A DNA stretch of 62,327 nucleotides, the filler included, from Aduncisulcus paluster (lineage: Eukaryota): the NCBI GenBank assembly GCA_024181965.1. It is 6 parts of 6 records of this genome, joined end to end, with 100 filler letters (N's around TTAATTAATTAA, not from the genome) between each part and the next. Parts side by side here need not be neighbours in the genome. Positions count along the whole stretch, not along the records: positions 46,250 to 56,208 come from BQXS01010912.1; positions 56,309 to 62,327 come from BQXS01010917.1; 4 more parts are not named here. The stretch is one strand, 5' to 3'. The notes below the pieces were generated by a model. It searched no databases and had not been told where the DNA came from. It saw only the letters and a program-made list of their open reading frames with translations. Made by a program: the position numbers and the translations under genes. Below, one piece after another: positions 46,250 through 58,504 of the stretch (position 1 is the stretch's first letter; the number at the start of each line of letters is the position of its first letter).

Positions 46250-47949
46250 CTCTTGCAGGCTCAACAGTGGGTGCAACAGAACGATGGCCGATTCCTATAG
46301 CTCCGTCTGAGAGTCCAGATATAAACGAGCGGTATGGTTTGTTAATAGATGATGGAATACTTTGAGAGTGAGGGGAGTGTTGAGCAATAGGGGATTTTGA
46401 TCTCTTGTATTGTAATACTGGAGATCTTGACATGAGTCTCTCTTTCTCTTCTTCAATCTCAGCTTCATGACGTCTAATGTTATCTTCAAGCTCTCGTTTA
46501 CGTTCTTCTTCCTTATTTCTCTGGGAATCCTCCATATGTTTTCTTCTAACCCATTGTTCTTGCATTCTTTTCTCCTCTTCCTCCTTTCTCTTCTCTTCAA
46601 TTTGGAGTTTTTTCCGAAATTCAAAATGCTCTTGGGCCAAACGTTCTTCTTCTCTTTCATATTCCTCTTTTCTTCTACGTTCTTCAAGTTCCACTTCTCT
46701 TGCACGAACACGTTCCTCCTCTTCAATCTTTTTAAGCTCTTCAAGACGTTTCCACGCTTGAAAGCGTTCCAGTTCAGCTTGTCTCTCTTCCTCTTCTCGC
46801 TTCCTTATTCTTTCTTGTTCTTCCTTCTTTCTCATTTCATTCTCTTCCTCTTCTCTTCTCTTTCTTTCCTCCTCCTCTCTCCTCTTCTTTTCTTCCTCCT
46901 CTCTTCTCCTTTTTTCTTCTTCCCTTCTCCTCTCTTCTTCCTCTTTTCGTCTTTTTTCCTCCTCTTCTTCCCTTCTTCTCCTCTCTTCTTGCTCTTTCCT
47001 TCTCCTCTCTTCCTCTTCCTCTTCTTTCTTCTTTCTTCTTCTTTCCTCCTCCTCCTCTTCTCTCCTCTTCCTTTCTGCATCTTCCCTCCATCTCCTTTCT
47101 TCCTCTTCTTTCTTCCATCTTCTTTCCTCTTCTTCACGAAGTCTTCTAAGTTCTTGCTCTTTCCAAATTATCTCCTCTTCTTCTCTTCTTCTTCTCCTTG
47201 CTTCTTCTTCTTTTCTTCTCCTTTCTTCTTCTTCTCTTCTTCTCCTATTTTCTTCCTCTTCTCTCCTCTTCTTTTCTTCCTCTTCTCGTCTCCTTTTTTC
47301 TTCTTCTCTTCTTTCCTCTTCGATTAGTCTGGCTCTCTTCCTCTCTTCTTCTTCTCTTTCAATTTCCATCCGAATTTGGGCAGCAATAGCTTGACGCTCT
47401 TCCTCCATTTTTCTTTCCTCTTCTTTTCTTCTTTCTTCTCTTCTCCTTTCCTCTTCCCGCTGCCTCTCTTCTCTCTGTCTCTCTTCCTCTTCTCTCCTTC
47501 TTTCGTCTTCTCTCTGTCTCTCTTCCTCTTCTCTCCATCTTTTTTCCTCCAAAATCCTCCTCTCTTCCTCCAAAGCTCGTCTTTCTTCCAATAATTTCTG
47601 CTCAGCCAATCTTCGTTCTTCTGCACGCCTTTTATCTTCAGCAATCCGTAATTCCTCCTCTCTTCTTAAATCCTCTTGTCTTTGTCGCTCTTCTTCTCTC
47701 CTTCTCTCTTCTTCTTGTCTCCTTTGCTCTTCTTTTATACGTTTTTCACGTTCGGCCTGTTCTCTTAATATTTCTTGAATTCTTCTCTCTTCAGCCTCTC
47801 TTTTACGTTCTTGTTCTTGTTTCTCAAGATCATCTAACTTAACTTGAATCAGATCAGAATCGATAGGGAGTGGGATACATGAAATAGTTCTTAGACGTTC
47901 GCAAGAAAACGAAGACGGAAATGATTCCGTGGTTTCGTCTAGATCGTTC
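46250..47949 (-). CDS. E/R/K-rich low-complexity protein (single-alpha-helix/coiled-coil-like); start exon unresolved, 3' truncated
   Basis: Hundreds of residues of EEEERRRR-type alternation. The frame extends upstream of 47609 to a candidate TAG acceptor at 47950. Confidence 0.75.
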
Positions 47950-48364
47950 CTATTTTATCGAAGATAAGTGTTAATTAAGCAAAAAATATAAGAATTTCAT
48001 TAATAAATACCACGTTCGAAATACCAGGGGAAAACTTTAACAAAAGCACAAAATTTGCATCTATTTGAATATATATTGAACATACGTTGAAAATACTAAA
48101 CTAGAATATATGGTGGGCTTTTTGGGTTACGTTCAAGACGACCTTTTTTCCCTATCGAACCTCTTCTTTTTACCCAACACATATAATATTTGCAACAGGC
48201 AAAATACATACATGAAAAGATAAAATTATTTATTCAAATAACATGATTACGACTAACGGGGGAGATATTACAAATTCATAAAATATCTTCCAAGTCACCG
48301 TAATAATCTCATTTATTGGATTGTAGAACAAATATTTAGAAACTAGATGGATGAATATGCCGAA

Positions 48365-49145
48365 TTATTCAGAACCCCAATCATTGTTATCATCAGTTGC
48401 AGCAACAGTGGGCTCCGCACCCCAAGCTCCAGAAACCACAGGAGCTTCCTCTTTCTCATCCTCACGATAAGGAGTCAGATCGAAAGCCCCAGAAGCGGGA
48501 GGAGGTTGATCGTCACCGGCCTGACGAGATGGTTCAACATCAAACACATTATCACCTACCTTTAAATTTGTTTCGATATACACCAATACACGGAGGGATC
48601 CTCTCTCTTCTCCATCATATTTTTCAACAAAGGCCTCAGCTTGTTCACGATTATCAAACATAATGAAGGCACGGGGTCCCTTACAATAGGCACGAACAAT
48701 GGGAAGATCAGGGAACAAAGCAAAGGTCATTCCTTTGAGCATTTTCCTCTTTGGAAAAGTATATCCCTCAACACGGACGACAATATCCTCTTCTTTAACA
48801 ATGGGTAAAATATGTTCGGAATGCTGATCCCTTGCATATTGAACCATACAATCTGCTGTATCCCAACGGACAGGTTGAGCGGCAATTGCAGCTTCAGCAG
48901 CACTACCATCACGGAAAGTCTAACCGTCACAAATTAGAAGAGACAAAATAAATCACACCGAAAAAATCGATTGAAATAAATCGTTGAAATTAAAATAATT
49001 CACATACAATAAAAGCGAACCTCGATTGTTGCTCGACAACTTCAATTGGTCCAAAAGTAGCAAACACCTCAGCTAACTCCCTACTTTTATCTCCATATAC
49101 TGAAGGGTATTGAATATGGATTCTTTTCTTTTCAACCGTGGACAT
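48365..49145 (-). CDS. Two-RRM RNA-binding protein; exons 49145-49008 and 48919-48365
   Basis: MSTVEKKRIHI...LAEVFATFGPI...RFAFI|TFRDGSAAEAAI (RNP1 restored by splicing). Second RRM RAFIMFDNREQAEAFV. Confidence 0.85.
48920..49007 (-). other. Phase-0 spliceosomal intron (88 nt)
   Basis: GTATGT donor, CTAAT branch-like motif, TTAG acceptor; frame preserved. Confidence 0.85.
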
Positions 49146-49416
49146 AACGACAGATAGCAATCAAGATCCCAATTCTATGTCACCTCCTACAATATTGCAT
49201 AAAATAGAAAATAATAATAGTTTTTGAATTATATTTTAAGTCATAAATATTAATTCAAATTTATTTTTTAGATTTAAAAAGGTTGACGCTGCAATCCATC
49301 ATGGATTATCGCTGTGATGAATATCCTTGCATGAAAGAGTATTCATACCTACAAAGGCAATTTTATGTAAAAATATGAATAGTATTGCAATATATATTAA
49401 AAATATTGGAAGAAAA

Positions 49417-52400
49417 TTATTTATGGATGATATCTAGGATTTTCCTTGCCTCAGATGCAAATGGACCCTTGTCAATAGCATGTTCAAGCATTTCTATAAC
49501 CATTTTCTTTCCTTCTCCTCCATTCTTCGCAACGAGAGGTGCTAAATTATACAGAATCACTGGGGAATATATTGGAACGGAAGGGGATTTGGAAGGAGCG
49601 AGAAGAGTCTCAAGCTCAGATATAACTTCCTGTCTCTTCTGTGATTCTGATTTTTCAATATCATCATTATTATCGCTCTGGATTTGAATACCAGATTCCT
49701 TAGGACCTTCTTCCGGCAAACTTTGAGAAATAGAGAGATGTGTTCCGTGAAATAGTAAGTTTTGTTTTGAGAGAATATTCATGATAGAGATTTTATAACC
49801 TTCAAAAGCTGTTGGAAGGGGAAGAGAGAGAAGAATTGAAAACAATATAGAGACAAATGGAACATTCCGACGATCCACGCCATCTTCTTCAATTCTTTGA
49901 ATTAATAAAGGAACTAGTGAAGGTAAAAGTCTCATTTGTTTAACAATCGAATCAATAACGTTCTGATATTCAATTTTAGAGATTTGAGAAGGAGTTGAAT
50001 GAATTTGAGAAATAGAAGTATCCAATTCAGTCGTGATTACACGCTCATCATTGAACTTTTGCAATACAGTCCACATCGTTTCAAGACGCTTGAAGATAAT
50101 ATCTCGACCCGAGTGAGCAATTTTCATTTGTTCCTTGGAATCTTTCTCCTCTTGCCCACATGCGACAAGAACAATACTGGCCCCAAATACCAATTCCGGC
50201 ATACTCATTGAAACAGCCATACACTCAAACATCACAAGCGCCTCACCAACCTTTCCATCGTCTTTCAAAGCTCCTCCAAGAGATACTCCTTGCTTTGTAC
50301 AAGCATGAATGCATGTTAACGGCGACAAACTTTTATGGTATTCATCAAGCTTCTCTTCAGAGAATGCCGATACATCTCCGACGAGTGCAACCTCCGAGAG
50401 AAGAGCATCATAACTCAATAAACTCTGTGGGAAGTGAGTATCCCCGTCCTTTGGGGAAGCAGAGTAGAGAGTAGGAACGGTTGAAAGGAGGATGGATAGA
50501 AGAGTATGCGGGAATAGGATGGAAGAGGAAGAATTGAGAACATGTAACACATGATAGAATAAGAGTTGAAGATGTGAAGGAACTAAAAGTGAAAGAGAAC
50601 TCTTTTCTTTTGAAATGGGTAGATAATACTCCTCAGATTCATGTTGCAGAGATTCCACATGTTTCTTGTCTGCAGGTTTCGATATGATTTGTTTTTGGAC
50701 TGATCCCTCGGTGGTATACAACAATGTAAAGGACTGGTTCATTCGAGACAAAACGTCTGAATTCCATTGACCGACACAGAGAGCAGCAATGGAGTGCAAT
50801 TCTCTCATCCACACTCTATCGGACTGGGACGAACACAAGGAGTAGAGAGAAAGGAGAGGGAGAATGAAAGGGGAGACAGATGGAGGAAAATCAATACTAT
50901 GACACTCTAAATCTTTAGTTAGAGAGAATCTCAACCAGGATACGATTGGTTTGATTCCTATAGCTTTTCCAATAGATTCCGTCAACAAAGTTATAGGTTC
51001 AAGCCACGACAATCCCATAATAATCTCCAAAAGGTGCAAATATGCCCTGGTCTGACTGATTTTCCCCATCATATCATCCAGGCTGACAGATACTCGTGAA
51101 CATCCACAGACACAGAAAGGAGGAGAGAAAGGGGATTGTGCGACAGAGATCATCCCTGAACAAGAAGAAAGGAGTGTCTCCATACTCACTCCACAGCGAG
51201 AGAGAGACGATTCGAGTGAAGGAATAGTCGAGAGTTCCTTGGTTGCAGCCATAGGACAACTGTGGAGATCAATAAGAGCCTCTCCAATCAAAAGAACAAG
51301 AGAAGGGGACTTTAAGAAGGAATTATAATGAGGAGAGTACGAAACACAACGCCTTATAACATCAAATATAGATGCAAGAGATCTTTCCTTTCGACTGAGG
51401 ATCTTAGCATCATCGATAGCCTCATGGCTGTCTCCCATATCCCACATATGTGATATCATCTTCCTTCCCATTCTTAATAAATTCACCATACACATAAAGG
51501 GATGAGTGAAAGATAGAAGGTCATTAGACGAAATATATTCAGCGTCTAACTTTCTCTTCTTCATCTTCTTCATATTAGTTTGGCCTCTTCTCTCACATTT
51601 CACTTGTTTTTCTCTTTGTTCGTTAACAAATTCAATCAATTCACTCTGGCAATACTGCAAGGCCTCAACCTTCCGAGCTCTTACTTCTTCTTCTTTCTCT
51701 TTGGCCTCTCTCTCTCGTTTTTGTTTCTCACGAGTATCTTTCTTATCTAAAAATAGACAAATATCATCACAAAACCGGTGACAAGTCGCATAAATCAGAG
51801 AAGGTCCACAACCCACCAGGATCATCTCGTCCATACAGAAACATTGAAGCAATAAACGATTGGGTTTGGTGGAATCCTTAACAATATGCTCTGTCTCTGC
51901 ATGATCCTCATCATATTCCCACCCAAGGGATGTGAGTAAGATGGAGAGGAGTGAAAGGACAGGAGAGAGGAGTGGAGAGAGGACTAAGGGACAACAGTAC
52001 AGAGCCATAAGACATGAGGCAAACAACCGAGAGAATGAAGGGACAATTCCTTGAGTAAGAGGATTTTTGAATGTATCTCCCAAGTCTCCCTTTAACCAAG
52101 ATGTTCCATAAGGATTGGAGAGAGCAGTCACACAGAACCGTAAACAAGGGATGACAGCATTGACCTGGGAGGCAAGAGAGTCAATGAGAGATGGAGATAA
52201 TGTTGACCGTACTCGGAGTCCAACAATTTCATCAGAGATGGCATTATATCCATGCTTCATCTCCTCAACAACTCCCCTTGCTGCCTTGGATCGTTTACCA
52301 GCAGCTTGAGGCCATAAGGGTTCCCCAAATCCAAATATAGTTTTCAAGGAAGATATGAGAATGTTGATAGAAACCCTTGAAATCTGGGCAGAAAACTCAC

Positions 52401-53058
52401 AACAAAGTGGGGATTGCTTGATATTAAACATTCGATGAGCGAAAACATAATCACCATACTCATCGATATTTCTACCAAAACATCGTCTTGAAGCAAGTCT
52501 AGAGAGAATATTCAGACAACTTTGGATCCTTGGTGAGAAAGATAGTGAGTTTGTAGATTTGCTGATTTGAATTTCATGCTTAATGATAGCTCCACACGTT
52601 TCTATGATACCCATTCGCTCAACCAAAGCAAAATGCCAGTCTCGTTGGCTTAACTCTCCCTCGCTCATGACGGATTTTTCATGTGTACTATCAATGCCAA
52701 AAGAAGAGTGGTAACCTGGATCAAATATCCCATGAAACATTTTGTCATCAAAAATATGCAATGAAAGTATGTTTTCAAGGGAATTTCCCATTAAACATTC
52801 CATCAGATGAAGTGCAGCGGCAGAAACTCCCATATTAGGTGAAGGAATGGCCATCGCCGCAGCGATAACAATATGACCATTATTAAATAAAACATCAAGG
52901 ATTCTTTCGGAATCAAAACGAGAAAACACGCCATTTTCGATACGTTTAACAATATCAGCCAAATGAGAGAGTGCTAGAACACGCTGACTATTCATTACAG
53001 ATCTACTAATTTGTAAATAATAATTTAAAGTTTTTTCAGATGTGTCATTGCGATCCAT
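49417..53058 (-). CDS. RPAP1/Rba50-like RNA polymerase II-associated protein (helical)
   Basis: N-terminal LQISRSVMNSQRVLALSHLADIV resembles the RPAP1 LxRSxVxxQRxxALxxLxxI motif, followed by VSAAALHLMECL; 1213-aa helical ORF. Confidence 0.55.
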   Translation of the reverse strand: MDRNDTSEKTLNYYLQISRSVMNSQRVLALSHLADIVKRIENGVFSRFDSERILDVLFNNGHIVIAAAMAIPSPNMGVSAAALHLMECLMGNSLENILSLHIFDDKMFHGIFDPGYHSSFGIDSTHEKSVMSEGELSQRDWHFALVERMGIIETCGAIIKHEIQISKSTNSLSFSPRIQSCLNILSRLASRRCFGRNIDEYGDYVFAHRMFNIKQSPLCCEFSAQISRVSINILISSLKTIFGFGEPLWPQAAGKRSKAARGVVEEMKHGYNAISDEIVGLRVRSTLSPSLIDSLASQVNAVIPCLRFCVTALSNPYGTSWLKGDLGDTFKNPLTQGIVPSFSRLFASCLMALYCCPLVLSPLLSPVLSLLSILLTSLGWEYDEDHAETEHIVKDSTKPNRLLLQCFCMDEMILVGCGPSLIYATCHRFCDDICLFLDKKDTREKQKREREAKEKEEEVRARKVEALQYCQSELIEFVNEQREKQVKCERRGQTNMKKMKKRKLDAEYISSNDLLSFTHPFMCMVNLLRMGRKMISHMWDMGDSHEAIDDAKILSRKERSLASIFDVIRRCVSYSPHYNSFLKSPSLVLLIGEALIDLHSCPMAATKELSTIPSLESSLSRCGVSMETLLSSCSGMISVAQSPFSPPFCVCGCSRVSVSLDDMMGKISQTRAYLHLLEIIMGLSWLEPITLLTESIGKAIGIKPIVSWLRFSLTKDLECHSIDFPPSVSPFILPLLSLYSLCSSQSDRVWMRELHSIAALCVGQWNSDVLSRMNQSFTLLYTTEGSVQKQIISKPADKKHVESLQHESEEYYLPISKEKSSLSLLVPSHLQLLFYHVLHVLNSSSSILFPHTLLSILLSTVPTLYSASPKDGDTHFPQSLLSYDALLSEVALVGDVSAFSEEKLDEYHKSLSPLTCIHACTKQGVSLGGALKDDGKVGEALVMFECMAVSMSMPELVFGASIVLVACGQEEKDSKEQMKIAHSGRDIIFKRLETMWTVLQKFNDERVITTELDTSISQIHSTPSQISKIEYQNVIDSIVKQMRLLPSLVPLLIQRIEEDGVDRRNVPFVSILFSILLSLPLPTAFEGYKISIMNILSKQNLLFHGTHLSISQSLPEEGPKESGIQIQSDNNDDIEKSESQKRQEVISELETLLAPSKSPSVPIYSPVILYNLAPLVAKNGGEGKKMVIEMLEHAIDKGPFASEARKILDIIHK

Positions 53059-53438
53059 TGGTTACAAAACCTGGATTTTTTTATTCGAATTGCAATCATC
53101 AAAGAATATAGTTGAAAAAAATGTCTTTTTAATTAATGAAATGTATCTTTCTGTTGAGATGAACCTCATTTGAATTGAAAAAGAGTTTGATTCCTACGAA
53201 ATTTTTCAAAAGCTTCCATACCCTTTTCGTGACCTTCAAAGATTTAAATATGGCTTTGAAATATTATTTTAGTGTTTCAATACCACTATCATGATTTGAA
53301 ATCCTTTCACCTGGGTGTAACAACCTCCGAAGTTGTGACATTCGTAGCAATATATGTTACGAAATGAAGAATATCGCCAATTGTTCCATACTCTTTTCTT
53401 TGAATAAGTTTTCGAAATTCTATTTTGTTTGGTATAAT

Positions 53439-54137
53439 ATGGTTCGTTCTCTAAATCGAACTATCAAAGGTGTTAGCACCGCTATATATGGAATGGTTTT
53501 GAAGTCACAAGCCCTTTCCCATCAGTCAAACCCCTCACCTTTTAACATATTTGATTCTGATGGATTACATAGTTCACTTTATCATCGCCACAAGCGAACT
53601 GCCAAAGATGGATCTATCAAACCTCCCACCCTTCTTGAAGTATATTCATTCATCTATGCATTATTCCGAAAGGCTCAAGTGGAGCCTGAAGCCGTTGTTT
53701 CTAGTCTTCCCTATCTTGAGAAGTTTATGAGGAAAGCCAAAGTTCGGATCACTCCATTGAACTGGGAGCGATTGGTATTTGTGTCCATTATGATTGCTTC
53801 AAAGCAATGGGACGATATATCATGCTCTTCCCGTTCATTTGCTTTGTGTACAAATGGCGCCTTTTCACTCAAGACTCTCAACAAAATGGAGCGCCTCGTA
53901 CTCTTCCACTTAGATTACAAGCTTTACCTTACGTCCAATGATTACAGAATTATCTATTATCGACTTAAACGGTTATGGCAAGCAGCTGAGATTGATGCAG
54001 ATGGATCAATTGCCCCAATTCTTCCAGATACATACAAATCACTGAAGGTTCCTTCTGCCTGGGGTGCAGATATGATCTTTGGATATGAACCTATTGAAGA
54101 AAAGGTCGATTATATGACCATCGAACAAGAAGCCTAA
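53439..54137 (+). CDS. Cyclin Y-like cyclin
   Basis: FIYALFRKAQVEPEA..LPYLEKF..ITPLNWERLVFVSIMIASKQWDD..LNKMERLVLFHLDY..Y..IYYRL. ATG at 53439 (alternative 53364). Confidence 0.85.
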   Translation: MVRSLNRTIKGVSTAIYGMVLKSQALSHQSNPSPFNIFDSDGLHSSLYHRHKRTAKDGSIKPPTLLEVYSFIYALFRKAQVEPEAVVSSLPYLEKFMRKAKVRITPLNWERLVFVSIMIASKQWDDISCSSRSFALCTNGAFSLKTLNKMERLVLFHLDYKLYLTSNDYRIIYYRLKRLWQAAEIDADGSIAPILPDTYKSLKVPSAWGADMIFGYEPIEEKVDYMTIEQEA

Positions 54138-54794
54138 TCTTCTATCTCCATTTTTAATACAAAAGGATAACCTCACGTTTGTTTCTTCGATATCTTTCAA
54201 TTTTTATGCTATTATCTTATTTTTGAGTGATCTTTTTCAGTCTTCTTTTCATTATTTTTTGAATTTCTCCCATCTTAATTCTGATTTGAGTTTATAATTC
54301 TTTTTAATTTCAACCCCACAACCGGTTTGTTTTTTATTTTTTTATGGTAACCGGATTTTGCTTTTCTCGGAACTTTCTCGGGAAGTGAATGCACTTCTAT
54401 ATACATATTGATCCTGAATAAATGACATTTATTTGATTTTTTGCTTGTTTTTGGTGTCGAATGTCTGGAGGCTCCAAAAACAAATAAAACTCCAAGTAAA
54501 AATTTTATTTCAAATTAAATATGTATTTTAAAGCATCTCTTCATATTAAATGTTGATATTTTGCAGTATCTCACGCCTTAAAGAATTTGAATTTTTTGTT
54601 TCATTTTTTTCGATTTTTTGAAAACTTGAGCAGTTTTTTATTTTGTGAATTTTCAATGTGGAATTCATTTGGCAACAATACATAGATTTTATTTGTGGAT
54701 TCTTCCAGAGACATTTTGGAAAACTCATTGAACTTCATAAATTCGATCGTATTTTTCTTTATTTTACGTTATTCCGTATCAAAAGTTAGAATTC

Positions 54795-56208
54795 ATGTTA
54801 ATTATTGCCAAAGAAACAAAATATTCCATTATATTTGTGATATTTTCCTTCATGCTCCTGTCTGTGGCTTGTGAGTCTTTTATTGATGTACTTTCCTCTC
54901 TTTCATTTATTTCAGATTCCATATTTCGTATCACTGCAAGTAATACAATTCTATCCGATGAATTATCGATTGCTACTCCTTATTATAAGACAGTTACAAA
55001 AAGAGTTGTCGTTTCTGATAATTCAGCTTCTGAAACAGAATCATATGCCACCAATACCGAAGATGAGGTTTTATGTCTTGCAAATCTTGGTGATCTTCAG
55101 TTTCCTACAGCAACTGAGTTGGGTTTTATGTGTTATGATGTTGGTGATATTGTGCAATTTGAAAGATTAAAATTGGAATCAACTTCATCAGATTCTTTCT
55201 CGTATAACCCTTCAGAAACATCTCTTTATGTCGATAAAATACCGATTCTTATGTGGGATGATGAAGAAGATGCCTTCATTTCGGGTTCAATTGATTCTAG
55301 CAACAAAGTTGCCTTTCCAAAATCTATTGACTTTGTCAAAGCTGACACCAATTACCTATATCCTTCGGTCGGAACAATTGAAGAATGTGGAGTTGAAAGG
55401 AATACCATATCAGAGTCCTCCTCTGATTTCCAAACTTGCATTGCGTTCGTTAAGGATTTCAAAAATACGCTAATGGGGGGTATTTCTGCCTCATTTTCCA
55501 ATGTTTTTGAATGCTACCAATCCAATTCAGAGAAAAATAGACTTTCTGCAATTCAAAGTGATTCTTCACTCGGGACAACTTATGAGAACAGTGTTATCGA
55601 TCAAGCTCTATCAGTTGCTTCATCGATTCAAACACAACAGTGGAAAACATGCAGAGAAAAAACAAAGGCATCAACCCAAGTCCTGAAAAATAATCTTGTC
55701 GCCATACAAGAACTTATTGAAACAGTTGAATCATCTGTCTCTGGCTCATTGACCTCCCAAAACGACATATCAGATTACTCCTCAGCCAATTTTGTTTCCC
55801 CCGTCGTTGCCTTTCTTGATGTGTTTGAAGATGAACTTGATAATATGTTGAATGGACTCATCGAAGGGCAAACTTTGTCCGATCGATTGATCTACAAGTT
55901 CGCCAAGAACGATGGAGAAACAGATTTCTCGGCATTTTTTTTGACCTCAGCTATCCCCAATGCACCCAATGATCATTACAAGAATACGTATACTTTATTC
56001 GATGTTTTTGAGAACTTTATCGAACTCCTTGACTTCTCCGTGAATCCAATAGCAGATGTCCATCATAATTACGAAGCGAAGCAGGCAGAACTTATCCTTT
56101 TGATCAATTCCGTCTTCTCATTTTCCCTCCAATATGTTGCAAACACCACTGCATCATATTTGTGTGAGAAATCATACCTTGATTATGAATCAATCAATTC
56201 AATTGTTG
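54795..56208 (+). CDS. Hypothetical secreted/membrane protein, 3' truncated
   Basis: N-terminal hydrophobic stretch (SIIFVIFSFMLLSVAC); acidic Ser-rich ORF open to the contig end. Confidence 0.7.
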
Positions 56209-56308
56209 NNNNNNNNNNNNNNNNNNNNNNNNNNNNNNNNNNNNNNNNNNNNTTAATTAATTAANNNNNNNNNNNNNNNNNNNNNNNNNNNNNNNNNNNN
56301 NNNNNNNN
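56209..56308. other. Artificial contig linker
   Basis: N44-TTAATTAATTAA-N44. Confidence 0.98.
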
Positions 56309-58504
56309 GAAGTCAAGTCTGTTGCTGAATTGATGAGTATCATTGCAAAGCTTAAGAAGGAACTTAATGGTCTGAAGCTCTATGTTGGAGAACTTGAAAA
56401 GGCTATTGAATGGTACAAAAGTGAAGACTATGAAAAGGGAAAAGATTGTCCGATTGATTTGAGTGGAGGTCTCCAAGGTATGATCAAGAAAAAACAAGAC
56501 AAGAAGGATGCAGAGGTCGCTGAGGAAGAGGAGAAGTTTAAGAAACAGAGAGAAGATGAGGAAGAGGAAGAGGAAGAGGGAGAGGAAGAGGAAGAGGAAG
56601 AAAAGGAAGAAGACGACGATGAGGGAGAGAAAGGAGAGAAGTCTTCTGGTTCTGGTGTTTCAAAAGGAGGAAAGAAGAAGAAATCTGTAACTGTGTCTGC
56701 TTCCCACGTGTCTGATGATTTGGATGATGATACTGTCGTAGAAGTTGCAGCTGCTAATGCCCATATAGAACGTTTACTCCAAGAAAAACAGATGTTGAAG
56801 GACAACATGCAGGCCGACATTGATTCCCTTGAGAAGGAAGTCAAAGAGAGGGACGAGCGTATTGAAGAGCTAGAGGAAGAGAGTAAGAAAGTAGCTGCTG
56901 ATCTATTGAAGGCTTCAGCTGTTGAAGAAAGGATTAAAGAAGAGAAAGAGAATTACATTTTCAAGGAATCACAGCTGAGGAAGAATATTGAGTTAATCAC
57001 TGCAAAAGTTGAGAAACAAACTGAGGATCTTTTAACCGCCAAGGAGACAGAGGATGAGTTAATCTCAATCCAAACCCAACTCGAACAGAACCTAGTGGAT
57101 ATGGGAGTAGAATGCAGTAAGAAAGACGAGGAGCTAGAGAGTGTTCAACAAAAAATGAAGGAAGTTGAGGAAAAAAGATTGGAATTGACTGATACTGTCC
57201 AAGTGATGGAGACTGAGTTGCAGCGACTCACTGAATCTGAATCTATGGAACGTGAAGAGAGAGAACGTTTGGAGACTGAAATGAAACAATTAAAGGAAGA
57301 GAAACAGAAACTCTTGACTACCATTGAAGAGGATAAGATTAAGTTCGCTGAGCTTAAGAAAGATGAGCAGGAAACTGCTGCCACATTCATGGAGTTGGAT
57401 GCTATGATTGAACAGCTGACGGAAGAGAACGAGGGCCTTAAGCTCGACAAAGACCAGCTTGAGTCTGCTTTGAAGGAACAGGGAACTGCAGATGCTATCA
57501 CTCAGGTGTCTCTACAAAGAATGGAGGCTGATGTTGAAAGATATAAGAAGCAAATTGAGATTGCCAAGCATCGACAACTTGAGGCTCAACGTTCAGCCGA
57601 TGAAACCACAGAGAAGAACGTTAGACTTCAAGCAGAGCTGTCAACAATGTCTCTCAGAGTTGATACCATGACTGGCCAACATAGCAGACTTGAAAGCCGT
57701 ATCAAGCGTGTTGAACAGCAAAGGATTCAAGCAGAGAAACGTGCTGATGGTATAATATCTCGTGGCCACTCCTTTGAAGCCGAGCTTGAGAAACTTCGTA
57801 AGGAATTACTGGATTCCAAACAGGTTGCTCTCACAGCTCACGTCAATGCCAAGCAAGAGAGCAAGCTTAATGCTACTGTTGAGGCCTTGAAGAAGAAGTT
57901 TGATGAAGAGAAAACGGAATTACGTAAGAAGATCCACTCTTTCACACGTGATAACGCTTCTTTGTCTATGAAGGCCAAGAACTCCGAATCTTTGCTTCTC
58001 AGTGCCAATTCAAAGATGGAAGAATTGATGGAAGCTTTGCAACACAAACGTGAGGAAGTTACTCGAATCAGAACCAGAAATATCGAACTTGAGAAAGAAC
58101 TGACTGCTGCTGATGCTACAATGAGAGAAAGATTGAGGACACAGGCCATTAAACTCAATGAAGTTGTAACCAGAAGGAAAGGAGCAAGAGTTCCATTGGC
58201 TTTGAGACATAGGAAGAAATCCGCCGCCGAGCGCTTTCTCGAAGAAAAAATACCTTTCAGTGAGCTGTTTGGCAAGTTGAAGAAGACGACTCAGCGTCAA
58301 TTTATTGACTCGTTGGAAATTCATGTTGGATCCGAGATAAGACCGGGAAAAGAATCCGAAAGGTTGAAAGCAGAATGTAGAAAGATTGAGAGGTTGGAGA
58401 AGATGGTGAAGACTCAGGGTACACAAGTTAAAACAACTGAACGTGAACCTCTTGATGCTCTTGATGCATTAATTTCAACTTTTAAGTCCAAAACTTTGGA
58501 GTAA
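56309..58504 (+). CDS. Long coiled-coil protein with acidic tract, 5' truncated
   Basis: More than 720 aa, E/K/L heptad-rich, poly-E/D tract, stop at 58504. Confidence 0.8.
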   Translation, partial: EVKSVAELMSIIAKLKKELNGLKLYVGELEKAIEWYKSEDYEKGKDCPIDLSGGLQGMIKKKQDKKDAEVAEEEEKFKKQREDEEEEEEEGEEEEEEEKEEDDDEGEKGEKSSGSGVSKGGKKKKSVTVSASHVSDDLDDDTVVEVAAANAHIERLLQEKQMLKDNMQADIDSLEKEVKERDERIEELEEESKKVAADLLKASAVEERIKEEKENYIFKESQLRKNIELITAKVEKQTEDLLTAKETEDELISIQTQLEQNLVDMGVECSKKDEELESVQQKMKEVEEKRLELTDTVQVMETELQRLTESESMEREERERLETEMKQLKEEKQKLLTTIEEDKIKFAELKKDEQETAATFMELDAMIEQLTEENEGLKLDKDQLESALKEQGTADAITQVSLQRMEADVERYKKQIEIAKHRQLEAQRSADETTEKNVRLQAELSTMSLRVDTMTGQHSRLESRIKRVEQQRIQAEKRADGIISRGHSFEAELEKLRKELLDSKQVALTAHVNAKQESKLNATVEALKKKFDEEKTELRKKIHSFTRDNASLSMKAKNSESLLLSANSKMEELMEALQHKREEVTRIRTRNIELEKELTAADATMRERLRTQAIKLNEVVTRRKGARVPLALRHRKKSAAERFLEEKIPFSELFGKLKKTTQRQFIDSLEIHVGSEIRPGKESERLKAECRKIERLEKMVKTQGTQVKTTEREPLDALDALISTFKSKTLE

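Noticed and set aside
46467-47327. Phe/Leu/Ser-rich 286-aa 'membrane protein'
   Set aside because: Antisense of the E/R/K low-complexity gene.
15788-49312. Shared 12-mer ATGGATTATCGC upstream of two genes (15788, 49301)
   Set aside because: One 12-mer match is expected by chance in this much sequence.
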